From: an uncultured Solirubrobacterales bacterium
GTDB taxonomy: Bacteria > Actinomycetota > Thermoleophilia > Solirubrobacterales > Solirubrobacteraceae
Length of the DNA: 64,000 nt
Reading direction: 5' to 3'
NCBI GenBank assembly: GCA_963817865.1
Contig: CAWFQO010000015.1
Coordinates: forward strand, 6,385 to 70,384
How positions within the stretch are numbered: position 1 is the stretch's first letter; each line of letters starts with the position of its first letter. Below are positions 44,344 to 55,423 of this stretch, piece by piece. A model generated the notes under the pieces. The model saw only the letters and a program-made list of their open reading frames with translations. It was not told where the DNA came from and made no database searches. The position numbers were made by a program, and so were the translations under genes.

Positions 44344-44550
44344 TTACCCCTGCTGGTGGGGGGTGAAGCGGTCGGGACCGACGTCCGGGACGTCCTCGCC
44401 CCCGAAGAGCGGATCCAGGCGCACGGTGAGCCCGCCGTCACCGACGCCGACGATGACGCCGTGGGCGGCGGTTCCCGCCCGGCACGCGACGCCGCCGACC
44501 TCGAGCCCCTCCAGATTGATGCTCCCCCGCGTCCCGACCGTCAAGTCCAT
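44344..44550 (-). CDS. small Gly/Val-rich hypothetical protein (68 aa)
   Basis: MDLTVGTRGSINLEGLEVGGVACRAG... GGAGGA lies 7 nt upstream of the ATG at 44550. It is the first gene of the GAF-S8-IDO operon. Confidence 0.45.
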   Translation of the reverse strand: MDLTVGTRGSINLEGLEVGGVACRAGTAAHGVIVGVGDGGLTVRLDPLFGGEDVPDVGPDRFTPHQQG

Positions 44551-44623
44551 TGCCCTGTCCTCCACGTAGCCTCGAATCGAGGCGCAAGCTTACCCGGCGG
44601 CGGCGCCCGGCCGGACGGCGCTC

Positions 44624-45859
44624 TCAGCCCGGCGCGGCCGTCGCCCGACCGGCGGCGACGGTCGCCGCCCGTAGCCGTGCGGCGAGCTCCCCGGTCAGCG
44701 CACCCGGCTCGAGCCGCCAGCTCCAGTTGCCCTGTTCCTGCCCCGGATGGTTCATCCGCGCCTCGGCCCCCAGGCCGAGGAGATCCTGGGCCGGGACGAT
44801 CGCCAGGTAGCCGGACGATCGGAGGGCGAGCTCGACCATCGCCCAGTGCGGCGCGTCGGCGTCGACGCCGGCCGCCGCGAATGCCCGCTCGGCATTCGCC
44901 CGCTCGCTCGCCGACGCCTCCTCCCACCACTCGGCGGTGGTCGGGTTGTCGTGGGTGCCGGTGTAGACGACGGTCCGGCGCCGGCTCGCCGTGACCGCCT
45001 GGGGATTCTTCATCCCCTCGCTGAACGCGAACTGGAGCACGAGCATCCCCGGGAGGCGGAGCTCGTCGCGCAACCGCTCGACCGGCTCGGTGATCACGCC
45101 GAGGTCCTCGGCGATCAGCGGCAGCTCGCCCAGGGCCGCCCGGGTCTTCGCGAACAGCTCGTGCCCCGGGGCCCGGTGCCAGGTTCCCGCCCGGGCGGTG
45201 CGGTTGCGCTCGGGCACCGCCCAGTAGGCGACGAAGGCCCGGAAATGGTCGATGCGGCTGACGTCGACCAGCTCGAACGTCCGGCGAAACCGCTCGATCC
45301 ACCACCGGTAGCCCGTCGCGCGCATGGCCTCCCAGTCGTAGATCGGGTTGCCCCAGCGCTGACCGGTCGCGCTCCAGTCGTCGGGCGGGACCCCGGCGAC
45401 CAGGCCCGGTCGGAAGAGCTCCGGCTGGGAGAGGTGGTCGGCCCCGCCCGGGGCGACGTAGATCGGGATGTCGCCGATCAAGCGCACGCCCCGGTCGGCG
45501 GCGTAGGCGCGGAGCGCCCCCCACTCCCGCTCGAAGCGGACCTGGTCGGCGACCGCGTCCTCGGCGGCGAACGCGGCCCACGGGCCGATCCAGTACGGGT
45601 GAGCGGCCACGAACGTCTCGAGCTCGCGCGCGGAGACCGAAGCCCCGGGCTCAGCGAGAAGGCCCGGCCACCCGGCGAAGGCCGAGGAGGCCCGGTAGGG
45701 GGACCCGCTCTCGTCCGGCGGGCCGAGCGGCAAAATCTGCCACCAGGACTGCCCGGCCGAGACCAGCCAATCGACGAACCCGTATGCCTCCTCCCCGAGG
45801 CGGCCGCCGGGCAGCGAGGTCGGGTGGAGCAGGACTCCGCTCTGGCGCGGTGCGATCAC
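44624..45859 (-). CDS. malQ: 4-alpha-glucanotransferase (amylomaltase)
   Basis: RQSGVLLHPTSLPG, WQILPLGP..SGSPY, GDIPIYV, WGNPIYDW, RIDHFRAF, LIAEDLGVIT, YTGTHDN and NHPG...NWSWR. GTG start at 45859. The upstream part of the 904-aa ORF is off-target. Confidence 0.9.
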   Translation of the reverse strand: MIAPRQSGVLLHPTSLPGGRLGEEAYGFVDWLVSAGQSWWQILPLGPPDESGSPYRASSAFAGWPGLLAEPGASVSARELETFVAAHPYWIGPWAAFAAEDAVADQVRFEREWGALRAYAADRGVRLIGDIPIYVAPGGADHLSQPELFRPGLVAGVPPDDWSATGQRWGNPIYDWEAMRATGYRWWIERFRRTFELVDVSRIDHFRAFVAYWAVPERNRTARAGTWHRAPGHELFAKTRAALGELPLIAEDLGVITEPVERLRDELRLPGMLVLQFAFSEGMKNPQAVTASRRRTVVYTGTHDNPTTAEWWEEASASERANAERAFAAAGVDADAPHWAMVELALRSSGYLAIVPAQDLLGLGAEARMNHPGQEQGNWSWRLEPGALTGELAARLRAATVAAGRATAAPG

Positions 45860-45946
45860 GGCGACCGGGCCTACCCGGTCGGCGGCGGAGAGAACCGCAT
45901 GGGTGGCGGCGGTTGACTCCGGGCGGCGAGGGGTAGGTCCGCGACC

Positions 45947-47521
45947 ATGCCCGACGCCCCGCGCCCCGCCCCACCCTTTCCCCGCCTCGGCGCGTTTCCC
46001 GGGCGCCCGGGCACCACCACGTTCCGGGTCTGGGCTCCGAGCGCCGGCGCGGTCGAGGTCGAGCTCGACGGCGCCCGCTTCCCGCTCGCGCCGCTCGGGG
46101 ACGGACTGTTCGAGGCGGACGCCCCGGGCGGCCCCGGGGACGACTACCGGTTCGTCCTCGACGGCCGCGAGAGGTGGCCGGATCCCTGGTCGCACGCCCA
46201 GCCGGACGGCCTGCGGGGACCCTCCCGGGTCGTCGACCTCGCCGTCGGTCGCCCCGACCGCACGGGCTGGCCGGGCTTGGCGCTCGAGGATCTCGTGGTC
46301 TACGAGCTCCACGTCGGCACCTTCTCGGCGGCCGGGACGTTCGATGGGGTCATCCCCCGGCTGGCCGCCCTGCGGGACCTCGGCGTCACCGCGATCGAGG
46401 TGATGCCCATCGCCACCTTCGCCGGCAACCACGGCTGGGGCTACGACGGCGTCTACACCTCCGCCCCCCACCCGGCCTACGGCGGCCCGGAGGGCTTCGC
46501 CCGCCTCGTCGACGCCGCCCACGCCGCCGGACTCGGCGTCATCCTCGACGTCGTCTACAACCATCTCGGCGCCGGCTCCGACGCCATCGACGCCTTCGGC
46601 CCCTACCACACCGACCGCCACGAGACGGTCTGGGGACGGGCGATCGACTTCTCCGCTCCCGCCGTCCGCGAGTGGGCGATCCAGAACGCCGAGACGTGGG
46701 TCCGCGACTACGGCGTCGACGGCCTCCGCCTCGACGCCGTCCACTCGATCTTCGACGAGTCCGGCCGGCACGTGATGGCCGAGCTCGCCCAGCGGGTGAA
46801 GGCGATCGACCCCGGAGCCCTCCTGATCTCCGAGATGGAGATCGGTGATCTGCGACCGATCGCCGAATGGGGTCATGACGCCCAGTGGGAGGACACCCTC
46901 CACCATGCCGCCCACGTCCTCCTGACCGGCGAGCGCGAGGGCTACTACGCGCAGTACGGGCGGGTCGCCGACCTCGCGGGAGAATTTGTCCGGCCCGAGG
47001 GCCGGCGCTTCGTGGCCTGCGCCCAGAACCACGATCAGGTCGGCAACCGCGCCCTCGGAGACCGCCTTCGCGGCCGCGACCTCCGGCTGGCCGCCTTCTG
47101 CGCCATCCTCTCCCCGAGCGTGCCGATGCTCTTCCAGGGGGAGGAGTACGACGAGGCGCACCCGTTTCAGTACTTCACCGACCACATCGATCCGGAGATC
47201 GCCCAGATGACCCGCGACGGCCGGCGGCGCGAGTTCTCCGAGTTCTCCGACTTCACGGCCGAGGAGATCCCCGACCCCCAGGATCCCGAGACGTTCGAGC
47301 GCTCGAAGCTCGATCCGTCCGGCGGCGATCCGGAGCACCTCACCTACTACCGCGAGCTCCTGCGGCTTCGGCGCGAGCTCCCGGACGGCCCGGCGGACAT
47401 CGAGGTCGACGAGGATCGGCGCCTCCTGCGCGTCCGCCGCGGCCAGGTCGAGTTGATCGCCAACTTCGCCGACTTCGACCAGGAGGGCGTCCCCGCCCGC
47501 ACCGGGGCGCTCCGCCGGTGA
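45947..47521 (+). CDS. treZ: malto-oligosyltrehalose trehalohydrolase
   Basis: FRVWAP N-terminal E-set domain, then YELHVGTFS..GTF, GVTAIEVMPIA...GWGYDGV, ILDVVYNH, GLRLDAVH and AQNHDQVGNR. Confidence 0.88.
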   Translation: MPDAPRPAPPFPRLGAFPGRPGTTTFRVWAPSAGAVEVELDGARFPLAPLGDGLFEADAPGGPGDDYRFVLDGRERWPDPWSHAQPDGLRGPSRVVDLAVGRPDRTGWPGLALEDLVVYELHVGTFSAAGTFDGVIPRLAALRDLGVTAIEVMPIATFAGNHGWGYDGVYTSAPHPAYGGPEGFARLVDAAHAAGLGVILDVVYNHLGAGSDAIDAFGPYHTDRHETVWGRAIDFSAPAVREWAIQNAETWVRDYGVDGLRLDAVHSIFDESGRHVMAELAQRVKAIDPGALLISEMEIGDLRPIAEWGHDAQWEDTLHHAAHVLLTGEREGYYAQYGRVADLAGEFVRPEGRRFVACAQNHDQVGNRALGDRLRGRDLRLAAFCAILSPSVPMLFQGEEYDEAHPFQYFTDHIDPEIAQMTRDGRRREFSEFSDFTAEEIPDPQDPETFERSKLDPSGGDPEHLTYYRELLRLRRELPDGPADIEVDEDRRLLRVRRGQVELIANFADFDQEGVPARTGALRR

Positions 47522-48270
47522 GCCCGGCCGGCGAGGAAGGCCCGCGGGCCCGGGCCGGCGCGGCGGCGGGCTACGCGGTCGGCGCCGCGCTGGCCCGGGT
47601 CGCCAAGCTCCGGGGCGGCAAGCCGGTCCATCCCCACGGGGTGGTCTACCGGGCCCGGCTGCGGATCGACGGCCAGGCGGGCGGGCCCCGGGGGGCGGAG
47701 CTCCTCTCGCGGTCAGGGAATCGGCCGGCCCTCGTGCGCTTCTCGCGATCGGTCGGCCTCCCCCGTCCCCTGCCCGACCTCCTCGGGGCGTCGGTACGCG
47801 TCCTCGACGCCTACGGCCCGTCCCGTCACCAGGACCTCCTGATGGTCTCCTCGGTCGACCGACCGATCCTCCATCACCTGTTCGTCCCGGCGACCGACGT
47901 CCAGCAGCGCCCCTACAGTTCCTCCCTCCCCTACCGGGCGGGCGCTGAGGTCATCCTCGTCGGCCTGCTCCCCGACCCCCTCTCCCCCCGCCCGGCGGGC
48001 ACCGACGAATTCGACCGCCTCGCCCGCGCCGCGGCCACCGGTCGGCTCGGCTTCGGCCTGGCCGTCGCAGCACTCGGCGGGCGCTTTCGCCGTATCGGAT
48101 CGCTCGACATCGAGGACCGCCTCCCGCGGGGGGCCGACGCGATCCGCTTCAATCCCTTCAACTCGGGCGGCGGACTCGAGCCGGTCGGCCTCCTCAACCG
48201 CATGCGCCGGCAGGCCTATCCGATGTCGCAGGCCGCCTGGGGGCCGGAGGGCGCCGGGCCCGACGGGTAG
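47518..48270 (+). CDS. catalase-related small heme protein (mini-catalase-like), tentative
   Basis: The GTG at 47518 overlaps the treZ stop (GTGA). PVHPHGVVY, LVRFSRSVG and RMRRQAYPMS lie in the positions of catalase VHAKGxG, VRFSTV and RLFAYxDT (proximal Tyr). Confidence 0.45.
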   Translation: MSPAGEEGPRARAGAAAGYAVGAALARVAKLRGGKPVHPHGVVYRARLRIDGQAGGPRGAELLSRSGNRPALVRFSRSVGLPRPLPDLLGASVRVLDAYGPSRHQDLLMVSSVDRPILHHLFVPATDVQQRPYSSSLPYRAGAEVILVGLLPDPLSPRPAGTDEFDRLARAAATGRLGFGLAVAALGGRFRRIGSLDIEDRLPRGADAIRFNPFNSGGGLEPVGLLNRMRRQAYPMSQAAWGPEGAGPDG

Positions 48271-48302
48271 CCGGCCGCACGGCTTGCGATGCTGAGGCCG
48301 CC

Positions 48303-49463
48303 GTGGACCTCGGTCTCATCGCCCTGATCTTCACCGCCGCCCTCCTCGGGCCGGCGCTCTCACTCCTCGCTCGCGGGGCGGTGCCCGTCGTCGTCGGGCA
48401 ACTGGTCGCCGGGCTGATCCTCGGCCGGACCGGCCTGCGTATCGTCGATCCCGAGAAGGCCGACCTCGCCCTCCTCTACACCTTGGGCTTCGCCACCCTC
48501 ATGTTCACCGTCGGCATGCACGTGCCGCTCCGCGACGCCCGGCTGCGCCCGGCGCTCGGCCGCGGGCTGGCCGCCGTCCTCGCGGCCCTCCCCCTCGCGC
48601 TCGCCGCCGGCTTCGCCGCCCACCTCGCAGGCGGCGGACCGACCCTCGTCTACGCCGTGGTGATCGTCTCCTCGTCGGCCGCCGTCGCCCTCCCCATCAT
48701 CGACGAGGACGGCCTCGGCGGACCGGCGGTGCTGACGGCGATGGCCTGGATCACGATCGCCGACATCGTCGCCACGATCCTCATCCCGCTGGCGATCACC
48801 CCGTCGCGGGCGGGCCGGGCCGCGCTCGGTGCGCTGATCGTCGCCGCCCTGGTCGGCGTCGTCTTCCTCGTCGGCCATCGCCTCGGTCGGGTCCCCGTCG
48901 TCAAGCGAATCCGCAAGGAGGGAAAGCGCCGCCAGTGGGCGATCGACCTCCGCCTCGCGCTGATCGTCCTCGTCACCCTCTCCTACGTCGCGCAGGAGGT
49001 CGGCGCCAGCATCCTCGTCGCCGGCTTCGGCACCGGCCTCGTCGTCGCCGCCATCGGCGGTCCGAAGCGGCTCTCCCAGGAGGTCCTCGGCCTCGGCCAG
49101 GGCTTTCTCGTCCCGCTCTTCTTCGTCCTGCTCGGGGCCAAGCTCGACCTCCGGGCCCTGGCCGGCAGCCGGCAGGCGGTGATCCTGGCCTGCGTCCTGG
49201 CCGTGCTCGCGATCGTCGTGCACGTCCTGGCCAGCGTCGCGATCCGCGCGCCCCGCGCGGTCGGGCTTCTCGCCAGCGCCCAGATGGGCGTCCCGGCCGC
49301 GGTCATCGCCCTCGGGCTGCCCGCCCGGGCCATCGATCAGGCGCAGGCCTCGGCAATCTTCTGCGCCGCGCTCGTCTCGATCGGCGCCTGCACGGCCGGG
49401 GCCGCCGTCCTCCGCCGGGACGGCCCGCCGCCCGACCCGACGACGTCAGCCGCAGCCGGATGA
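48303..49463 (+). CDS. cation:proton antiporter (CPA family)
   Basis: 386-aa polytopic protein, VVVGQLVAGLILGRTGL...LGFATLMFTVGMH, typical of Na+/H+ exchanger family N-termini. Confidence 0.75.
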   Translation: MDLGLIALIFTAALLGPALSLLARGAVPVVVGQLVAGLILGRTGLRIVDPEKADLALLYTLGFATLMFTVGMHVPLRDARLRPALGRGLAAVLAALPLALAAGFAAHLAGGGPTLVYAVVIVSSSAAVALPIIDEDGLGGPAVLTAMAWITIADIVATILIPLAITPSRAGRAALGALIVAALVGVVFLVGHRLGRVPVVKRIRKEGKRRQWAIDLRLALIVLVTLSYVAQEVGASILVAGFGTGLVVAAIGGPKRLSQEVLGLGQGFLVPLFFVLLGAKLDLRALAGSRQAVILACVLAVLAIVVHVLASVAIRAPRAVGLLASAQMGVPAAVIALGLPARAIDQAQASAIFCAALVSIGACTAGAAVLRRDGPPPDPTTSAAAG

Positions 49464-49488
49464 GGACGGATCGGCATATGCTCGCGGG

Positions 49489-49872
49489 GTGAGCGATCCG
49501 CCCATGAAGTGGCTCGCGATGCCCGAGGCGCACGACTACCAGGCGGCCGAGGACTACCTGCGCCTCGTGCTCACCCCCGAGCACGTCCACATGGCCGTCC
49601 ATCAGCTGCGCCACGCCAAGCACACCCGGGCCTGGAAGGCGAAGGACATCCTCCGCGCCGCCCGACTCGACCCGCTGCCCGCGGGCAACGAAGGCGTCGC
49701 GGCCAAGCTGGCCGAGGTGCGCGACGGCAAGCCCCTCTCCCCCGTCCTCCTCGTCGAGCGCGAGGACGGACCCCTGATCGTGGCCGACGGCTACCACCGG
49801 GTCAGCGCCGCCCACCTCGAGGACGAGTCGGCCGAGGTGCCGGCCGTCGAGGCGAGCCTCCCCTCCCGCTGA
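49489..49872 (+). CDS. hypothetical protein with ParB/Srx-like DGYHR motif
   Basis: PLIVADGYHRVSAA resembles the ParB-like nuclease/sulfiredoxin-fold DGxHR motif. Otherwise unassigned. Confidence 0.4.
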   Translation: MSDPPMKWLAMPEAHDYQAAEDYLRLVLTPEHVHMAVHQLRHAKHTRAWKAKDILRAARLDPLPAGNEGVAAKLAEVRDGKPLSPVLLVEREDGPLIVADGYHRVSAAHLEDESAEVPAVEASLPSR

Positions 49873-49884
49873 CCGGCGCTCAAC

Positions 49885-50787
49885 TCAGCCCACGGTGCGC
49901 TCGAGGCCGGCCAGCGCGACGCGCTCGAGCGCGCCCATCGCCTCGTGGTGGGCGTAGACGGCGAGGGACGCGTTCAGGAACAGGGCAAGCACCCGCGCGA
50001 CGAGCAGGGGTCCTTTGGCCACCGGTCCGTACTCGTCGAGAAACGCCGCGCGGGCCGCCCCTTCGAAGAGGCTCCAGTAGAGGGAGAGATCAACGGCCGG
50101 GTCGCCGCGGCAGACGTCCCCCCAGTCGATGACCCCGGTCGGCGTCCCGTCCGCCCCGACCAGCAGGTGGCGGACGTGGAGGTCGCCGTGGACGAGCCCG
50201 ACCGCGGCGGCGGGCCCGCGGCCGCGCGCCGCCGCCAGGATCCCGGCGACGTGACCCGGCGCCCGCCACAGCCCGAGCCGCTCGAGCTCCGCCAGGCGAA
50301 TCCGGGTGGCCGGGACACGGCGGGCCATGTCGGCGCGACCGATCGGGTCGATTGGCAGCCGCTCGAGCTCCGGGCCGCCGAGCGCGTGGAGGACGCGCAG
50401 GAACCGGCCGAGCGGGCGGGCCAGACGGCCGCGCGCGGTCGCGGTCAGATCCGCCGCGGCGATCTCCCGGCCCGGGATGAGCCTCCCGCCGAAGAACGGC
50501 CACGGGTAGCCCGCGGCCGGTCGGCCGACGAAGCGAGGGACGGGGATGGCCAGCGGCAGGCGGCCGGCCAGACCGGGAAGGACGGCCAGCTCCCGCTCGA
50601 CCCCGGCAACCGCCGCTGCCCGCTGGGGGAAGCGGAAGAACCAGCGCCCCTCGACGCTCCACACGCTGTTGTCCCAGCCGGCGCCTATCCGCTCCACCGA
50701 GGAGACGTCGAGGCCGGGGAACTGGCCCCCGATCAGGCGCCGCGCCAGATCCGCGTCGACGGCGAGCTCGGCGGTCCACGTGGGCAC
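49885..50787 (-). CDS. aminoglycoside phosphotransferase (APH)-family kinase
   Basis: IGAGWDNSVWSV..RWFFRFP (nucleotide-binding region), LVHGDLHVRHLLV (catalytic HGD) and VIDWGDVCRGDPAVDL (DxG/D metal site). Confidence 0.8.
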   Translation of the reverse strand: MPTWTAELAVDADLARRLIGGQFPGLDVSSVERIGAGWDNSVWSVEGRWFFRFPQRAAAVAGVERELAVLPGLAGRLPLAIPVPRFVGRPAAGYPWPFFGGRLIPGREIAAADLTATARGRLARPLGRFLRVLHALGGPELERLPIDPIGRADMARRVPATRIRLAELERLGLWRAPGHVAGILAAARGRGPAAAVGLVHGDLHVRHLLVGADGTPTGVIDWGDVCRGDPAVDLSLYWSLFEGAARAAFLDEYGPVAKGPLLVARVLALFLNASLAVYAHHEAMGALERVALAGLERTVG

Positions 50788-50943
50788 CGCTGGACCCTAC
50801 TCCTAGTGGCCCGCGCCTTCGACGCCAGCATCGCGGCCACCACCTTGTAGAGGTACTCCCCCGCCCCGACGCTCCAGACCAGCCCGAACGCCGCCGCGAC
50901 GCGCGCGAACCGATCCCCGGCAATCGGGGATCCCGCCCCGGTC

Positions 50944-51552
50944 TCAGGGATGACCCGGAGGGCGCCCGGCCGCCAGCGGCAGCCCGCCGGCCACGCGGAC
51001 GCCGCCCCGGGTCGTGTAGGTCCAGGTGTGGAGGCCCACAGCCGCCGCGACGAGCGCATTGCCGGTCGCCCGCAGGGTCTCCGGGGGGCCGCCGACCCGC
51101 GTGAGGCGCACGATTCGCACCCCGTCCGGGAGCAGCAGGGCCACCCGGTTGAGGCGATCGATCGACGACGCGGCCACCGCCGCGGCGACCCCCGAGTAGG
51201 CCGCCTGCGCCGCCTCCGCGCACGTCCCGCTCGCGCTCCCCGACCCCGTCGCCGAGACCCGGGTCGCGTAGGAGAGGCAGATCGACCCGCCGTGGACGTA
51301 GGCGAACAGCGTCCCGAGCGGCCCCGAGTAGACGAGCCGGCTGAGCGGGGGCTTCACGCCGCCGCTGGCCTGGTCGCTCGGGATCGCGTCGCGCGGCTGG
51401 GCCGGCCGGCGAAAGACGCCGAACCCCTGCCTTGCCGTCTGCGTCGCCCCGGTCGCCGCCGGACCCGCGCCGCCGCCGCCGGACCCCGGCGCCGTGCAGG
51501 CCGCGAGGGTGGCGGCCGCGAGCAGAGGCAGGGCGACCGTCAGCCGGCGCAC
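50944..51552 (-). CDS. putative lipoprotein
   Basis: VRRLTVALPLLAAATLAAC is a signal peptide with a lipobox. The GTG start overlaps the mraY stop (TAGTG). Confidence 0.6.
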   Translation of the reverse strand: MRRLTVALPLLAAATLAACTAPGSGGGGAGPAATGATQTARQGFGVFRRPAQPRDAIPSDQASGGVKPPLSRLVYSGPLGTLFAYVHGGSICLSYATRVSATGSGSASGTCAEAAQAAYSGVAAAVAASSIDRLNRVALLLPDGVRIVRLTRVGGPPETLRATGNALVAAAVGLHTWTYTTRGGVRVAGGLPLAAGRPPGHP

Positions 51553-52519
51553 TAGGAGATGCTCTGCTGGTAGACGGTGAAGCCGATCGCCGCGCAGATC
51601 GCCGCGACGATCCAGAAGCGGAGGATGATCGTCGTCTCCGACCAGGCCATCAGCTCGAAGTGGTGGTGGATCGGCGCCATCAGGAGCACCCGCTTGCGGA
51701 AGGTCTGAAACGAGAAGACCTGGATCGCCACCGACAGCGCCTCGACCACGAAGATCCCGCCGAGCAGCACGAGCAGGATCTCGGTCTTGGTCATCACCGC
51801 AAGGCCGGCGATCGCCCCCCCGAGGCCCAATGACCCCGTGTCGCCCATGAAGATCGCCGCCGGAAAGGCGTTGAACCAGAGGAAGCCGACGCACGCCCCG
51901 ACCAGGCACCCGGCGAGCAGCGCGAGGTCTCGCTGGCCGGTTGTGATGAAGGTGATCCCGATGTAGGCGAGGAGGACGATCGCCGCGCACCCGGCGGCCA
52001 GGCCGTCGAGTCCATCGGTCAGGTTCACCCCGCTCGTCGTCCCCGCCACGACGAGGTAGATCAGGAACGGATAGAAGACGCCGAGGTCGATCTGGTAGTC
52101 GACGAAGCGCAGGCGCAGGGTGGCCGGCAGGTGCGCCTGGCGCGTGGCCACCCACCACAGCCCGAGCGAGATCGCGACCTGGACGATCAACTTCGTCCGG
52201 GCGGTCAGGCCGAGCGACCGGCGCTTGACGATCTTCGTGAAGTCATCGGCGAAGCCGAGCAGCGCGCAGGCGACGGCCGCCCCGAACACCCCGAGCGACC
52301 GCGGGTCGTAGTCGGAGAGGATCAGGAACGGCGCGGCGATCGCCGTGAACATGATGATCCCGCCCATCGTCGGCGTCCCCGCCTTCTCGTGGTGACCCTG
52401 CGGCCCGTCCTCGCGGATGTGCTGGCCGAACTCCCGCCGGCGCAGGAAGGCGATGAACTTCGGGCTCAGGAAGATGCAGATGAGCAGGGCGCACGTCCCG
52501 CCGATCAGGATTCGCCCCA

Positions 52520-52520
<1 letters not shown>
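51552..52520 (-). CDS. mraY: phospho-N-acetylmuramoyl-pentapeptide transferase
   Basis: QHIREDGPQGHHEKAGTPTMGG, NLTDGLDGLA, FMGDTGSLGLGG and PIHHHFEL. Confidence 0.95.
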
Positions 52521-53865
<1,345 letters not shown>

Positions 53866-53869
<4 letters not shown>

Positions 53870-55314
53870 CGGCCCCGGGCTGCGAGAGCCGGCCGGGCGC
53901 GCAGGGCCTCGCGCGCCACCTCGACGTCGTCGAAGGGCAGCTTGCGCCCAGCCTCGAACTCCTGACCCTGCTCGTGGCCCTTCCCGGCGATCACCACGAC
54001 GTCGCCCGGTCCGGCCAGGTCGATCCCCCGGGCGATCGCCACGCGCCGGTCGACCTCCGCCTCGACGGCGGCCGGACCGACCGCCCCGGCGAGCACGTCG
54101 GCCACGATCGCCTCCGGATCCTCCGACCGGGGATTGTCGGACGTCACCACGACCGCGTCGGCGCCCGCGGCCGCGATCCGCCCCATCTGCGGGCGCTTGC
54201 CCCGGTCGCGGTCGCCGCCGCAGCCGAACACGCAGATCAGGCGACCGGTGCTCAGCGAGCGGGCCGCCCGGAGCACGTTCTCGAGCGAGTCGGGCGTATG
54301 GGCATAGTCGACGAGAACGGCGAACGGCTGTCCCTCCTCGACCGGCTGGAAGCGTCCCGGGACCGGCTCGACCCCGGGCAGCGTCCGGGCGATCAGCTCG
54401 AGCGGTACCCCGAGGCGGTGCACCGCCGCGACCGCGCCGAGGACGTTGGCCACGTTGAAGCTTCCCGGGAGCCGGCTGCGGAGCTCGACGGTGCCCTCCG
54501 GCGATTCGAGTAGGAAGCGGGCGCCGGAGCGCGTGAAGCTGGCCTCCCGCGCCGCGTAGTCGGCCGGCCGGTCGACCGCGAAGGTCACCGATCCGGGGAC
54601 CTCGGCGGCCAGCCGGCGGCCGTACGGATCGTCGAGGTTGGTCACCGCGACCCCCGGCCCGAGCTCGAAGAGCCGCCGCTTGGCCGCGAAGTAGTGCTCC
54701 ATCGTCGGGTGGAAGTCGAGGTGGTCCTGGGTCAGGTTGGTGAAGATCGCCGCCGCGAAGTGGATCGCCTCGGCCCGGCCGAGCTCGAGCGCGTGGGAGG
54801 AGACCTCGATCGCGCAGGCCCGGTCGCCGGCCGCGAGCATCTCGGCGAAGCCGGCCTGGAGGTCGACCGCCTCGGGCGTCGTGCGCCCGACCGGCCGCTC
54901 CCGCCCGCCGATCACCGACTTGACCGTCCCGAGCAGGGCGCACTGCTCCCCCGCCGCCTCGAGCAGCGAACGGACGACGAAGGCGGTCGTCGTCTTCCCG
55001 TTGGTGCCCGTCACCCCGACGACGCGCAGACGCCGGCTCGGGTCGCCGTGGAAGCGCGCCGCGACCGGGCCCATCGCCGCGCGGACGCTCGCCACCACCA
55101 CCTCGGGCACCCCGAGCCCGAGCCGCCGCTCGACCACGAGCGCCACCGCCCCCGCCGCGACCGCCTCGGCCGCGTAGGCGTGGCCGTCCCGCTCGAAGCC
55201 GCTGACGCAGAAGAAGAGCGCGCCCGGCGCGACCCGCCGGCTGTCGTAGGCCAGGCTCGTAACCACGACCGCGCCCCCGTCCACCCGCTCGCCGGTCAGC
55301 TCATCCAGGCGCAT
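53866..55314 (-). CDS. murE: UDP-N-acetylmuramoyl-L-alanyl-D-glutamate--2,6-diaminopimelate ligase
   Basis: VVGVTGTNGKTTT, EVSSHAL, VDYAHTPDSL, FGCGGDRD.GKR (DNPR-type region SDNPRSEDP). The ATG at 55314 was chosen; an upstream start at 55416 is possible. Confidence 0.92.
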
Positions 55315-55423
55315 GGCTCCCCAGTCTATGGAGGCGGCGCCGGCCCGGCCGGCCCGCGGCTCGGACGGGGCACGCCCCCGGGGCGGGACCCGGCGCCCGC
55401 CCACGCGGCCCCTCACGCCTCGC

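Noticed and set aside
44624-47338. A 904-aa minus-strand protein spanning malQ and the region antisense to treZ.
   Set aside because: Only the C-terminal 411 aa (from GTG 45859, …RQSGVLLHPTSLPG…) look like MalQ. The upstream part is the low-complexity antisense of the clearly coding treZ.
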